Assembly (NCBI RefSeq): GCF_004010195.1
Contig: NC_057746.1
Location: forward strand, 16,812,820-16,876,819
Source of the DNA: Chiloscyllium plagiosum
Taxonomy: Eukaryota
Direction: 5' to 3'
DNA: 64,000 nt
Below are positions 12,545 through 24,994 of this stretch, one piece after another; the stretch's first letter is position 1, and each line of letters opens with the position of its first letter. A model generated the notes under the pieces. It did not search any database. It saw nothing but the letters and a program-made list of their open reading frames with translations, and was not told the origin of the DNA. The translations under genes and the position numbers were made by a program.

Positions 12545-13160
12545 CTGGGTGAATAGAAAAGTAGAAGATAGTAGCAGCCATAGGCCATTCGACCCTTCAG
12601 ACTTGTTCTGACATACAATCTGATCATGGCTAATCTTCGAGCTCAATACCCTAATCCTGCCTTCCCCTCATATCCCTTAATCACTTTAGCCTCTTTCTTG
12701 AAAACAAATAATGATTTGGCCTCAACCACTTTCTCTGGTAGTGAAGTCCAGAGGCTCATCACTCTGTAGCAAAAGAAATTTCTCTCAACTCAGTCCTCAG
12801 GAAAGGATAAGGCCCTTATCCTTAAACTATGCCCTCTTGTTCTGAAAACCCTACCATTGGGACATCCTTCCCACCCTTAATCTGACTAGTCCTGTTATAA
12901 TTTTGTAGGTTTCTATTGAATGCTCACTCATTGTTCGAAGCTCCAGTGAATAAAATCCTAACATACTCCTCATCTCTCCTCACACATCGGTCCTGCCATC
13001 CCAGGAGTCAATTAGGTGGGCCTTTGCTGCACTTCCTCTATAGAGAGAGTATTCTCCCTCAGATAAGGAGAATAAAACTGCATACAATGCTCTCAGTATG
13101 ATATCACCAAGGCACTGTACAATTGCAGCAGGACATCCCTGCCCCTGCACTCTTGTGGAC
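12545..13160 (-). mobile_element. CR1 LINE 3' fragment
   Basis: Reverse-complement CR1 3' region (gtagcagccataggccattcgaccctt...) with degraded RT C-terminal motifs. Confidence 0.75.
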
Positions 13161-13164
13161 ATAA

Positions 13165-14860
13165 ATAGTGATGTCTTCAAAAGAGTTCACTTTACAGAAG
13201 AGGAGGTGCTGAAAATCTTAAAATGCATTAAGGTAGATAATTCTCTGGGACCTGATTAATCACAAGACTTTGTGGGATTTTGGGGAAGAAATTATGGGAC
13301 CCCTAGCAGAAATATTTGTATCATTAAAATCCACGGATGAAGTGCCCAAAGATTGGAGGGTGACAAATGTTGTTCCATTATCTAAGAAAGGCTGCAAAGA
13401 AATGCCTGGGAACTACAGACTGGTGAGTTTAATGTCTGTGGTGGGTACATTGTTAGAGGGGATTCTGAGAGACAGAATCTAGAGGCATTTGGAGAGGCAA
13501 AGACTCATTTGGTATAATCATCATGACTTTGTACCTGGGAAATCATGACTCATGAACTTCATTGGCTTTTTTGAAGAGGTGACAAAGAAAGTAGATAGGA
13601 TAGTGCAGTAGATGTTGTCTACATGGACTTTAACAAGGCTTTTGACAAGTTGTCACATGGTAGTTTTTTAAGTAATGTAAATTCTCACAGGATCCAGGGA
13701 GAGCTAACCAGTTGCATATAAACCTGGATTGATGGTAGAAGACAGAATGGTGGTAGAGGATTGTTTTTCAGACTGGAGGCATGAGACCTAAAGTGTGCCA
13801 CAGGGATCAGTGCTGGATCCACTACTATTCATTATTTATATAAATGATTCGGATGAAAATTTAAGAGGTATAGTTAGTGAATTTGCAGATGACACTAAGA
13901 TGGTGGTATAGCAGACAGTAAAGAAGGTTGAGTTATGGAAGGTGAAGTTTAATTTAGATAATTGCAAGGTGTTGCATTTTTGGTAAGGCAAACTAGAGGA
14001 GGACTTACACCATCCATGGTAGGTCCCTGGGCAGTGTTTCAAAACACAGACAACCAGGGGTACAGGTTCATAGCTCCTTGAAAATGGAGCCAGGTAAACA
14101 GGGTGGTGAAGAAGGCTTTCAACACACTTGTATTCAGTGGTCAGAGCACCGAGTACAAGAGTTGGGCCACCTTGTTAGATCTGTACAAGATGTTGTTGAG
14201 GCCATATTTGGAGTGTTGAGTGCAGGTATGGTACCTACTATAGAAAGGATATTATTAAATTGGAAAGAATGCAGAAAAGATTTACTAGGAAGCTATCCGG
14301 ACTGGAGGGTTTGCGTTATAGAGAGATTAGATAGGCACTGAGGAGTGGTCTTACAGGGGTGTATAAAATCATGAGAGAAATAGAAAGGATAGATAGCCAA
14401 CAGCTTTTCTCTGGGGTTGGGGCATCCAAAACTAGTGGGCATGGATTTGAGGTGAGAGGGGAGAGATACAAAATAGTCCAGATGGGCAATTTCTTTCATA
14501 CAGGGGGTGAAGAGTGTTTGAAATGGGATGCCATAGGTCATGGTGGAAGCAAGTACAATTTTTATCATTTAAGAAACATTTAGACAGGTACATAGATGGG
14601 ATCTTAGCCTGCTGGACAAACTTTCCTCATTCCTGAAGAAGGGCTTATGCCCGAAACGTCGATTCTCCTGTTCCCTGGATGCTGCCTGACCTGCTGTGCT
14701 TTTCCAGCAACACATTTTCAACATAGATGGGATAGGTGTGGAGGGACATGGACCAAATACAGGCAAATGGGACTAGTTTAAACTGTGAAACCTGGGCAGC
14801 ATGAGCAAATTTGGCCAAAGGGACTCTTTCCATTCTGTAGACCTCTATGACTCGATAACA
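13165..14860 (+). mobile_element. Degraded CR1 LINE RT region to 3' end, carrying a Penelope-like insert
   Basis: VPKDWRVTNVVPL..KKG..PGNYR, gtgccacagggatcagtgctgg (VPQGSVL), FADDTK, YKIMREIERIDSQ; ctctatgact tail. Confidence 0.85.
14603..14720 (+). mobile_element. Short Penelope-like insert with minimal hammerhead core (14633-14660)
   Basis: 13-bp TSD acatagatgggat (14590-14602 / 14721-14733); core CTGAAGA-a-GGGC ttat GCCC-GAAA-CGTC. Confidence 0.75.
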
Positions 14861-16199
14861 CTTGAAATCTCTGGCATGAAGGCCAAGTGCCTTTTGTCTT
14901 CTTGTTGTACCTGCATGGTTATTTTCAGTGACTGGTGAATGATGACCCATACTTTATTATATAAATGTTGCCATCATAGTTTGGGGCACCAACAGAGGAG
15001 TCTAGCTTTTACAATTCTTCCACATCCAGTTGTGAATAGTGATGGATAATTAAATAATTAACAAGAGGAAAAAGCTCCATACACAGCCTCACTTTAAATG
15101 AAAGAAGAGTCAATCACTTCAGAGCAAAAGACAATGTTACATCCATCCTCAGCCAGAAGCTGTGTAGATGTTTTATCTTGACCTTATCTTGTGCCAGCCT
15201 TCAGCAACTCAATGTCAAGATATGGCTGTCAGCGTGAGGAAATGACTGAAGATCAGAGATAGAGTTGATGAGAAAAGACCCAGCACCCCACAGGAAATTG
15301 AATAATCAACTCAACTCAACTTGTAGTTCAGTGAAATATATCATATTGGTAATGATGCACAATCTGATGAAAGGAAATTGTAGATGAGGCTAATAGGTTG
15401 ATAGATTTACCTTGGACATATTTGGATACATGCCTATGAACTCTTATGAGAACTAAATGTGACAGTCTGGTCACCACCTCAGACACCAGCACCAAGAAGG
15501 AGAGGATAAGTAAAAATGAGACAGTGAACCACTTTGAACTTTTGCCAAGATTATTTGAAAGTTCAGAAAGTATAGTCTGATATTGAGTAATTGTGTAAAC
15601 ACATCAATGTTATCTGTGGAGTAACTAACATTCAGAAATATGCTGACGATTGGGTTCCAAACATGCACAGCAACCTGACAAAGAGCATGATATAAGACGT
15701 CTAATGTGATCTACACAACAGGAAAGCATTTATAAAACACCAAGTCACATGCTGAGCAGAGGAACTGGCATGAAGGCAATGACAATGGTAATGGTGAGAG
15801 AGAATAAAATAGACTGATGTTGGGGCACATGAAGGGAGAAATAATGCACAATAAGAATGAACCACATGATGAATACCTGTGAAGGGACAACTTGAAAATC
15901 ATTTCAGTTCCTGAATAATCTTGCTCTGATTCAGCATATTTCAATGTTGATAGCCTGGAAACTAATAACACAGTGGCAAGCAAAGAAGAAATGCTACAAA
16001 TATTATGAAATTATTGAATTATCTGCAGAGAGGCAGTGTGGGAAAGGTCAATAGTGAACAGTTAATTCTGGGAGATTTGCTAAGTGTTTGTGTTATGATT
16101 ATGAAATTAGGGAAATTCCTATTTTATAAATAACAAGTCACTAAAAATTGGTTTTGAGAAATTAGCAAGAATGTTTCCTTCACAAAGAAATATGAGAAA

Positions 16200-18420
16200 A
16201 GGTATTGAATATGTAATTAACTCAGTAGCAATGTAGGAATGCAGTTGCCTGAGAAAAAGAAAACAGAGTATAGTGGCCAATTGATTTTTTGAGAGGTAAA
16301 GGAAAGTTTCTTCTGGTGTTTCTCAAGGGTCTACACCAGAACATGAACTTTTCCTGATATATTTTAATGATCTAGATTATCGCCAGCAAGAAACAATTTC
16401 AAAGTTTGCAGATGACCCAAAACCTGGGAGAACTACAAATTGTGAGGAAGATAGTTTAGAATTTCAAATGGATGTGGATAATTTTGTGAAAGAGAAGCGT
16501 GGGTGGCAGATGAAATTCAGTGCAGAAAGTGATGATTGATGAGGGCAGAACAGTAGATGTGATCGAAATGGACTTCAGTAAGGCGTTCGACAAGGTTCCC
16601 CATGGGAGACTGATTAGCAAGGTTAAATCTCATGGAATACAGGGAGAACTAGCCATTTGGATACAGAACTGGCTCAAAGGTAGAAGACAGAGGGTGGTGG
16701 TGAGGGTAGTTTTTCAAACTGGAGGACTGTGACCAGTGGAATGCCACAAGGATCGGTGCTGGGTCCTCTACTTTTTGTCATTTACATAAATTATTTGGAT
16801 GCGAGCGTAAGAGGTACAGTTAGTAAGTTTGCAGATGACACCAAAATTGGAGGTGTAGTGGACAGCGAAGAGGGTTACCTCAGATTACAACAGGATCTGG
16901 ACCAGATGGGCCAATGGGCTGGTAAGTGGCAGATGGAGTTTAATTCAGATAAATGCGAGGTGCTGCATTTTGGGAAAGCAAATCTTAGCAGGACTTATAC
17001 ACTTAATGGTAAGGTCCTAGGGAGTGTTGCTGAACAAAGAGACCTTGGAGTGCAGGTTCATAGTTCCTTGAAAGTGGAGTCGCAGGTAGATAGGATAGTG
17101 AAGAAAGTGTTTGGTATGCTTTCCTTTATTGGTCAGAGTATTGAGTACAGGAGTTGGGAGGTCATGTTGTGGCTGTACAGGACATTAGTTAGATCACTGT
17201 TGGAATATTTACAAGGATGTTGCCAGGGTTGGAGGACCTGAGCTACAGGAAGAGGCTGAACAGGCTGGAACTGTTTTCCCTGGAGCGTCGGAGGCTGAGG
17301 GGTGACCTTATAGAGGTTTACAAAATTATGAGGGGCCTGGATAGGATAAACAGACAAAGTCTTTTCCCTGGGGTCGGGAATCCAGAACTAGAGGGCATAG
17401 GTTTAGGCTGAGAGGGGAAAGATATAAAAGAGACCTAAGGGGCAAATTTTTCACACAGAGGGTGGTACGTGTATGCAATGAGCTGCCAGAGCATGTGCTG
17501 GAGGTTGGTACAATCGCAACATTTAAGAGGCATTTTGATGGGTATATGAATAGGAAGAGTTTGGAGGGATATGGGCCGGGTGCTGGCAGGTGGGACTGGA
17601 TTTGGTTGGGATATCTGGTCGTCATGGACAGGTTGGACCGAAGGGTCTGTTTCCATGCTGTACATCTCTATGAATCTATGACTCTCAGTGATGAATGGAC
17701 TTAGAGTAGAAGATCAAAGATGGACAACATAAAATAGGGGATAGAATTTCAAATAAGATGCAAGGGCTGAATGACCTGGAATATGTGTTCACAGAGTATT
17801 GAAGGTAGGAGGACAGGTAGAGAGAACAGTTAATAAAATATAGATTTCCTATTGTGTTATTAATAGAAACATGGAGTGCAAGAACATGGAGGTGATGCTG
17901 AACATGTATAAGACACTTGTTACACGTCAGACAGAACATTGTGTACAATCATGGGCACCACACTATAGGAAGGATGTAAATGTGCTAGAGAATGCAAAAG
18001 ATGTTTACAAGAGTGGATCAAGAGATGAGAAACTTCAGCTGCGATAATAAATCTGAAGAAGTTGGGATTATTCTATTTGGAGTGAAGAAGGTTAGGAAGT
18101 GATCTTTTCAAAATAATGAGGAGTTGAAAAAAGCAAATAGGGAGAAAATATTTCCACAGATAAATGGATCAAAAATGACACAGATATAAAGTGATTTGCG
18201 AAGTATAACAAGTGATTCAGGTCTGGAATGCACAGCCTAGAGGTGTGGTAGAAGCACTTTCAACTGAGGTATCCAAGAGGCATTACATGAATAGATAGAA
18301 ACCACATGTCAAGGCACGTGGAAAAGACAGGAGAATGGCACGAAGTCATGATGCTTATTTAATGAGGCTGTGTACATACAATGGGCAGAATAGCCTCCTA
18401 TTTTAGCAGAACACTTCTAG
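16200..18420 (+). mobile_element. Old, highly degraded CR1 LINE hosting a younger CR1
   Basis: RT remnants (tctggtgtttctcaaggg, aagtttgcagatgac) before 16530 resume after 17695. Confidence 0.7.
16536..17686 (+). mobile_element. Younger 5'-truncated CR1 LINE (RT C-terminal half plus 3' UTR)
   Basis: Well-preserved MDFSKAFDKVPH, SGMPQGSVLGPLLF, SKFADDTK; 8-bp TSD agtgatga (16528-16535 / 17687-17694); ctatga tail. Confidence 0.9.
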
Positions 18421-19929
18421 GAATCAATGAATTGAGTGCTTTTAATAATTGATCGTTTTTAGAATAGTGTAGACGTCTTGAGGAATTAGCAGACATAGCA
18501 CTGAATCTCTCTCTCTCCCTGTAGAAAAACATAAACATTGCTGAGTATTTAGGGGAGTACAACAATGTTGAAGATAAAACTTGAATTCCCTGTACTGAGG
18601 TCACTAGCTTCTACAGATGTTCCTGAACTGATCACGCAGTGACCTCTGGCAACCTGTGTACCCTTTTTTATCAATGAACCACAATGTGAACTGACAAGTA
18701 ATCTTGACGTAAAGTAATAGACAGGGACTGAATGACTATCTTGACATCCCGGTTACCTGTGCATATGCATTGGGTAGAAATGCTCAGATGGTGGCAGGCA
18801 TAGGGCAAACTAACCTGCTGTTTGCATTTAAGTACATTAACTAGTGCTTACAGAAAGCAGATTTTCTTGTCAGTTGGACAGAAGGAAAATGTTCCGTGGG
18901 AAATGAAGTAAAGCTTAGGGAAGTGTTCCCTCACACAGTGACCAAGAAGCAGAATATCACCAACCTACAGAGATCATTGCACTTCAGTCCAGATGTTCAT
19001 TAATCTTTTGTGATATGTGAACCACTCTCCATTCTCATGGGCCATGTAGTTCATTGATCTATTTCACTAATTCATGCTACTTCGAAACACAAATTGTCTT
19101 AAAATTGCTTACAAATATTTGATGCCCTGTCTTAGGTACTAGTGGCTAGTGAAACCAATAAAGCAAACAGATTAGTGTCAGCAACAGGATCCACACAGTT
19201 CGAGATCTCATTGGCATCAAATTTGAGAAACAACAATTTCAGGATGTAGATGGGTAGAGTAGTTTCTTAAGTGAAACCAATGGCTGCTGTAGCATTGTCA
19301 AATGCAAAACAAGCATTCCATAGCAAGATTTACCTTGAGGAGTGTAGAAGTGTGTTTCGGAGATTACAAGGGAGTTTTGACAGCTTCTCTGAAGAAGCTC
19401 GAAAAGGCAACATTAAATTTGAAAATTGCTGGAATAAGTTGGCTTGTATACATACTTTACAGCTGAGTAAAAAGAACAAGGAATTAAGAGAATGGGTCAA
19501 TAAGCTGTAAAAAGAACGTTAACAAAAGCAGTGATTTTATACAGACCTGCCAGTAGATAGAGGCTGAACCATGCAGAGCCCAAGGGCAGAGAATGTTGAT
19601 TTTTCACACATCCTCATCAGCATCAAACAGGCCCCTGCTGAAATCCAAATGTGTTCACAAAGATACTCATGAGTATTATGCTAAGATGCAAGAGGAGGAG
19701 GGACACAAGGAGGACAACACCACTTTAATAAACTTTGAAATCCTAAATTTTAAAAGCATTCTCATGGTGGGAATAAACAGTCTCAAGGAATATGAGCCAA
19801 AGGCAGGTATATGGAGTTAGGTCACAGATCAGCCATGACCCCACTGAATGGAAGAACAGGCTCATGGGGCTGAATAGACTACTCATGCTCCTATATTCCA
19901 CTTGCTTTAAATCTCAAGATGGTGAAGTG

Positions 19930-20700
19930 AATGAAAAATATTGAGATTCTGTCTGATTGAAAAGAGGCATTGCCTGACATTTGTTTGGCATGAATGTCAC
20001 TCACTAACAGCCAATCCAAACATTGATACTGAACCAAGTTTGGTGCATGGATTGTTTCAATGTCTGAGGAGTCACGACTAGTGATAATAAATGCGCAGTT
20101 GTCAGTGACCGTCACCATTTCTGACCCAATGTTAGAAGGAAGGTAATGGTGAAGCTGCTGAGATGGTTGGACCCTGAGGAGTTCCTGCAGAGTATATCTG
20201 GAGCTCAGATGATTGACTTCCAACAACCGTAATCTTTTTGCTCACTCCACCTCAACTTGTTTCTTTATTGGCCTCCTTGATGCTGTTTGTTGTCAAGCAC
20301 CATCTTGGTGTCAAGGGCAATCACTCGACCTTCACTGCAAGTATTCAGATTTTGTGTACATAGTTAGACCATGGCTGTAAAGTGGTCAGGAGCTGAGAGG
20401 CCATGATGAAACCCGAGTTCCTGCAGAGTATATCTGGAGCTCAGATGATTGACTTCCAACAACCGCAATCTTTTTGCTCACTCCACCTCAACTTGTTTCT
20501 TTATTGGCCTCCTTGATGCTGCTTGTTGTCAAGCACCATCTTGGTGTCAAGGGCAATCACTCGACCTTCACTGCAAGTATTCAGATTTTGTGTACATAGT
20601 TAGACCATGGCTGTAAAGTGGTCAGGAGCTGAGAGGCCATGATGAAACCCAAGCTAAGCCTTGTAAATGTCACTAAATGGCTCTGCTAATTACACTTTCC
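19930..20700 (-). mobile_element. Ancient non-LTR retrotransposon RT relic; paralogous relics at about 46680-47090 and 51455-51810, related sequence at 23540-24460
   Basis: Minus-strand PQG/PT.F.CFINDL-type remnants; shared between the upstream regions of leaders B, C and D. Confidence 0.5.
20179..20650 (+). repeat. Perfectly adjacent 236-bp tandem duplication (2 mismatches)
   Basis: 20179-20414 versus 20415-20650, both running gagttcctgcagag...gatgaaaccc. Confidence 0.95.
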
Positions 20701-20809
20701 ATCATTTTCTGATAGCTGTGAGCAGACTGATCTGGTAGTGACTGGCTGCATAAGAATTGACCTGACTTTGAGGATAGGACATACTTGATTTTGAGTATTT
20801 AATTATGAT

Positions 20810-21180
20810 TTTATTTATTATTATTGCCATATGTACCAAGATACAATGAAAAATATTGCTTTGTTTGCAAACCAGACAAATCATATCTTACATAAGTAAA
20901 TCTAGGGTAAAAGAACAGATGGCAATTGACGCTAGATCATCTCTATAAATTGATGTTTTTAATGGAAAGATATCTGGTCTAAATGCACAATATAGCGTTA
21001 CAGCTACAGGCAAGATACAGAAAAGAAAATCAGTTCTAATACATGAGAGGTCCACTCAAAAGTCTGATAATAGCACGGTGGAATTTGTTGTTAAATCTGT
21101 TACTACATCTTTCAAACTTTTGTAACTTCTGCCAAATGGAAAATGGTGGAAGAGAGTATAATCTGGGTGAGAGCCATTCT
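20810..21180 (-). mobile_element. Rex1/Babar-like LINE 3' fragment
   Basis: Minus-strand SNRFNNKFHRAIIRLLSG resembles the Rex1-type C-terminus (NRxxNSFFPxxIRLLN); the tail resembles the insert ending at 58537. Confidence 0.5.
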
Positions 21181-21367
21181 TTTTTTCTATATTCCTTGGT
21201 AAATACAGTGTAATTGTAGGGGCACAGCAATTTCTGCAGCAAAAGTCTTCAACATTATTGCCAGTCTGTTGTCAGGGCCCATAGCTCTTGCTGCATATCC
21301 GTTGGCTTCAATTGTTTCTCCATATTACCCTGGAGTGAAACCAGAAACCAAAGCCAACGACAAATGA

Positions 21368-21567
21368 GGAGAAAGTGAGGACTGCAGATGCTGGAGATCA
21401 GAGCTGAAAATGTGTTGCTGGAAAAGGGCAGCAGGTCAGGCAGCATCCAAGGAGCAGGAGAATCGACGTTTCGGCTATTCCAGGAGAAGGGCTCATGCCC
21501 GAAACGTCGATTCTCCTGCTCCTTGGATGCTGCCTGACCTGCTGCGCTCTTCCAGCAACACATTTTC
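21368..21567. mobile_element. Palindromic Penelope-like insert (inverted pseudo-LTR pair), mutated hammerhead core
   Basis: Long inverted arms gctgaaaatgtgttgctggaaaag...aatcgacgtttcgg / ccgaaacgtcgatt...ttccagcaacacattttcagc; 16-bp TSD agcc(a/g)acgacaaatga at 21352-21367 / 21568-21583. Confidence 0.8.
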
Positions 21568-21906
21568 AGCCGACGACAAATGAATCAAGAAAAGCAGAGA
21601 AGATAGTTAATATTAGAGTGAGATTGTTAGTAGTTTGCAGAGAGTCCCAAAGCTCATTTCCACATTAAATGTAAGATACACTGATAAATAGTCTCCTCCA
21701 AATGTCGGTGAATCTTGGCCAATTGAAATTTTGGAGTCGAAGATTGTTTTATTAATTTTGACTTTTGAAGGAGATGAAACTGGAGTTAAGATCAGCATTG
21801 CCTCAAGGAATGATGTAGCAGCTTCTGGACGGCTGAATGGTCTCCCCTTTTCCCGTGGGTTTTTCAATCAAATGACTTGGAGTTCAATTCGATTTACAGA
21901 AAATAA

Positions 21907-22057
21907 GAGTGAAAGTGAAAGTGTTTATCTGATTGGCAAGCTCTCGAAACTTGGAAGGGTTTTTTAAACCTGTGTGAAGTCAATTCTACCGGAGCCTGAT
22001 GACTTTCGGAGTCTGTTTTATTCTGATTGGGTGAATGATATTTTTGCTTCCAATCAG
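21907..22057 (+). promoter_or_regulatory. MHC class I promoter, copy B: ISRE, X2/CRE-like site, Y boxes
   Basis: GAAAGTGAAAGT (ISRE) 21911-21922; CTGATTGG 21929-21936; ctgatgact about 21996-22004; CTGATTGG 22023-22030; CCAATCAG 22050-22057; 130-280 bp upstream of the leader ATG. Confidence 0.7.
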
Positions 22058-22184
22058 TGTTGAACGTGGCTGAGTGAACAGGAACAGAACACAAAAGTCC
22101 AGGACACAACGAACAGACTGAGATGGTCCCCTGGAAAATGGTTTCTCATTCATTTTTCCTCCCAGACTGTCAACTGAAGTCACG

Positions 22185-22233
22185 ATGATTGGACTAATAG
22201 TGCTGGGGCTTCTGTGGGGAGAGGTCTCTTCAG
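22185..22233 (+). CDS. MHC class I copy B exon 1 (signal peptide)
   Basis: ATG ATT GGA CTA ... TCT TCA G|gtgagt; hydrophobic core; paralogous to 48232 and 52972. Confidence 0.85.
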
Positions 22234-24718
22234 GTGAGTAGTGCGGGGAATGAGGGAGGCGGTACCGGGCGGATTGGACACTGGGGCATTAGTCCTCAGG
22301 CAATGTGTAATGGGAGTAGGGGGCAATGATCGGCTAGGTACTGAGCCTTAACCTTGGAACCTGTTACTGTTGGAATGGTTTACTTGGTATCTGACTTCAT
22401 CTTTTAACACATTTTTGATTGTAAAAAGAGTACAATTGTGAACTTGCAATCTAAAGAGACTTTGAAGGAGCTGGAATCTGTGTTGAAAACAACAAATACT
22501 GGAGATCACAGGAGGTCAGGCAGTATCCATGGAGTGAAAGTCATCTCTACTCGAAATGTTAGTTTGCCTTTTCTTTTGCTAGCGCTAGATAATATGTTTG
22601 AAAATGTCTCCTCAAACTTCCATTTCTACCATTACATCATTTTTCTTATGCTATAGATTGTTTTATCTATAGTAGACAAAGGTTTGAGTGGTTTCTATCC
22701 TGGAAGACAGAAGATGAGCTAAAACATGTGCTAAATGCTGGCTTTTACTCCTAATAAGATCAAGTGTGCCTGTCGGGTGTGCTTGAATAATTAAGTGTTA
22801 GTCTTTTTGTCTTTTACGTTAGTAAATGTTAATAACAAATACAAGGCCCATATGCTTTAAATAAGTTAGAAATTGTACCTGTATTTAGTAAAAGAATAGA
22901 GGATATTAAACTGATTACTGCAGCTGGGTTGTGAGATTTGTTTACTATACTTACTGAGTTTTGTTTATTCATGTAATTTCATGGAAGCACAATTTTTTTT
23001 TCTCAGTTAAGGTATGGTGGCTCTGATGAAAAGTATTCAACAAGTACATACTAATTGGGGAAAATGTTTAGTGTTCTGCAATCTGTTCAGGTCTGAGAGA
23101 CAGTTGGTCAGGGCTGATTAATTTTATAATCTTTCCATAGTTTCAGGTATGGCAAGGATGATATTGTTCTGAGTAGTAGTCTTTGATATTTATTCTGAGT
23201 TAAATAAGTCTAAACACTACATGTAACAAATGCTGATAAGAATTGAAGGTGTGAAGAAACAGGAATGGTTGAAAGGGCTGTTCTAATTAGAAAGGGTTGT
23301 TTTAATTTGGTTGATCTTGTTAAAATATACTATAAAACTGTGGTTTTATGAATGAATGAAATCATGTTATAGTAAATAATGGGTGAATAAAGCATTATGA
23401 ATGAATGAACAAGAACCTGGTATTAATGAACATTGCAAGTTGGTGAGTGACTTAATAAAGATGACCTATAATACAATATTTCACAAGGTTATAGTTGTTG
23501 GTGAATATGCAGTCTAAATATTATTTGCCACTTATCTGCCCAAACCTGAATGTTACATATGCAGTCTATATACAAATGCAGCAAGACCTCAGTATCTGGG
23601 GAGTTGTGAATAGGGTTGATCATTGTACAATCATCAGACAACATCCCCACAACTGGCCTTATGATGGACGAAAGGCCAGTTATTGAAGCAGCTGAAGATG
23701 GCTAGGTCTGGAAAATGAGGAACCACTGCAGTAATGTCCTGGAACTGAGGCAACTAACCTCCAGTAACTACTGCCACCTTCTTTTTGAATGAAGTATGAC
23801 CCCAACCAGTGAAGAGATTTTCCCTGAGTCCCATTGTCTCTAATATTGCCTAGGCTCCTTGATGCCACACTCAGTTAAACGTAGCCTTGACATCAACAGC
23901 CATCAGTCTCACTTCACCTCTGGAATTCTGATTTTGTGTCTATATTTGAACTAAAGCTGTAATGAAATGAGGAGCTGAGTGGTACTGGCAAAATACAAAC
24001 TGACATTTTTGTGCACAGAACTTATCTGAGCAATTTTTCACATTGCTTGGTAGGTGCAAGTGTTGTTGTTGTATGAGGACAAATTGGTATGGATGCAACT
24101 CATTCAGGAGCACAGGTCTTTAGTACAAATGCTGGAATGTTGTCAGAGTCCATAGCCTTTTCAGCATCCAGTGTTTTCAGCCATTTGTTTATATCACATG
24201 GAATGGATGGAATTGGCTGAAGATTCGAATCTGTAATGTTGGGGACCATAGCAACAGGCTGTGATAGATCATTTGCTTGACCATTCTGGCTGAAAGAAAT
24301 TGCACACGCTCAAGATTTGTCTTTGTGCTAGCCGTTTCCATCAATGACCATGGAGGTATTAATGCAGCCTCATCCTCTTGATTCCTGTTTAATTGTCAAC
24401 TGCCACTCACAACTGGATGAAACCAGGTTTACAGAGCTTCAATCTGATCTATTTGTTGTGGGTTTGATTGATTCTCTTCTCTCGCGCGAGCACGCTCTCT
24501 CTCGAGCTCTCTCATTAAACCATTGTTGTGATCCTAAATGAATGTACTACTGACATGTCAAATCTCAGAATGAAATTTGACATGATAGCTCATTGTCTCC
24601 CGTTCTTGTGCAGTTAATGCGTTGATTATCACTGAGACGAATTCACAGAGGCTATGACTCTTCTTTAACAAAACAATAGCACTTCACTACACAATAAGAA
24701 ATAAAATATTTCTTATTG

Positions 24719-24832
24719 GGCGTGGGCGGCACGGTGGCACAGTGGTGAGCACTGCTGCCTTGCAGCGCCTGAGACCCGGGTTCAATTCCTGCCTCAGGCG
24801 ACTGACTGTGTGGAGTTTGCACGTTCTCCCCG
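24719..24832 (+). mobile_element. 3'-truncated HE1-like SINE head flanked by a 65-bp direct duplication
   Basis: A box tggcacagtgg and B box ggttcaattcc; identical flanks at 24644-24708 and 24833-24897. Confidence 0.85.
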
Positions 24833-24994
24833 CACAGAGGCTATGACTCTTCTTTAACAAAACAATAGCACTTCACTACACAATAAGAAATAAAATAAGA
24901 AATAATATCTAAAGATAGAAGACAAATAGATCTCTAAACACACAGTAAACAAATCTTTTCAAATTGTTTCCTGACACCGTCCATCGTAAAAACT

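Noticed and set aside
19271-19820. Two short lysine/glutamate-rich ORFs
   Set aside because: No recognisable domain or splice support; the second runs into a CR1 tail.
21368-21567. Interpretation of the palindromic inserts as DNA-transposon MITEs or pre-miRNAs
   Set aside because: Variable 12-18 bp TSDs, asymmetric arms and hammerhead cores fit Penelope-like retroelements better.
24719-24800. tRNA gene-like A/B boxes (also 50039, 52039, 59563)
   Set aside because: These are SINE heads followed by SINE body, not cloverleaf tRNA genes.
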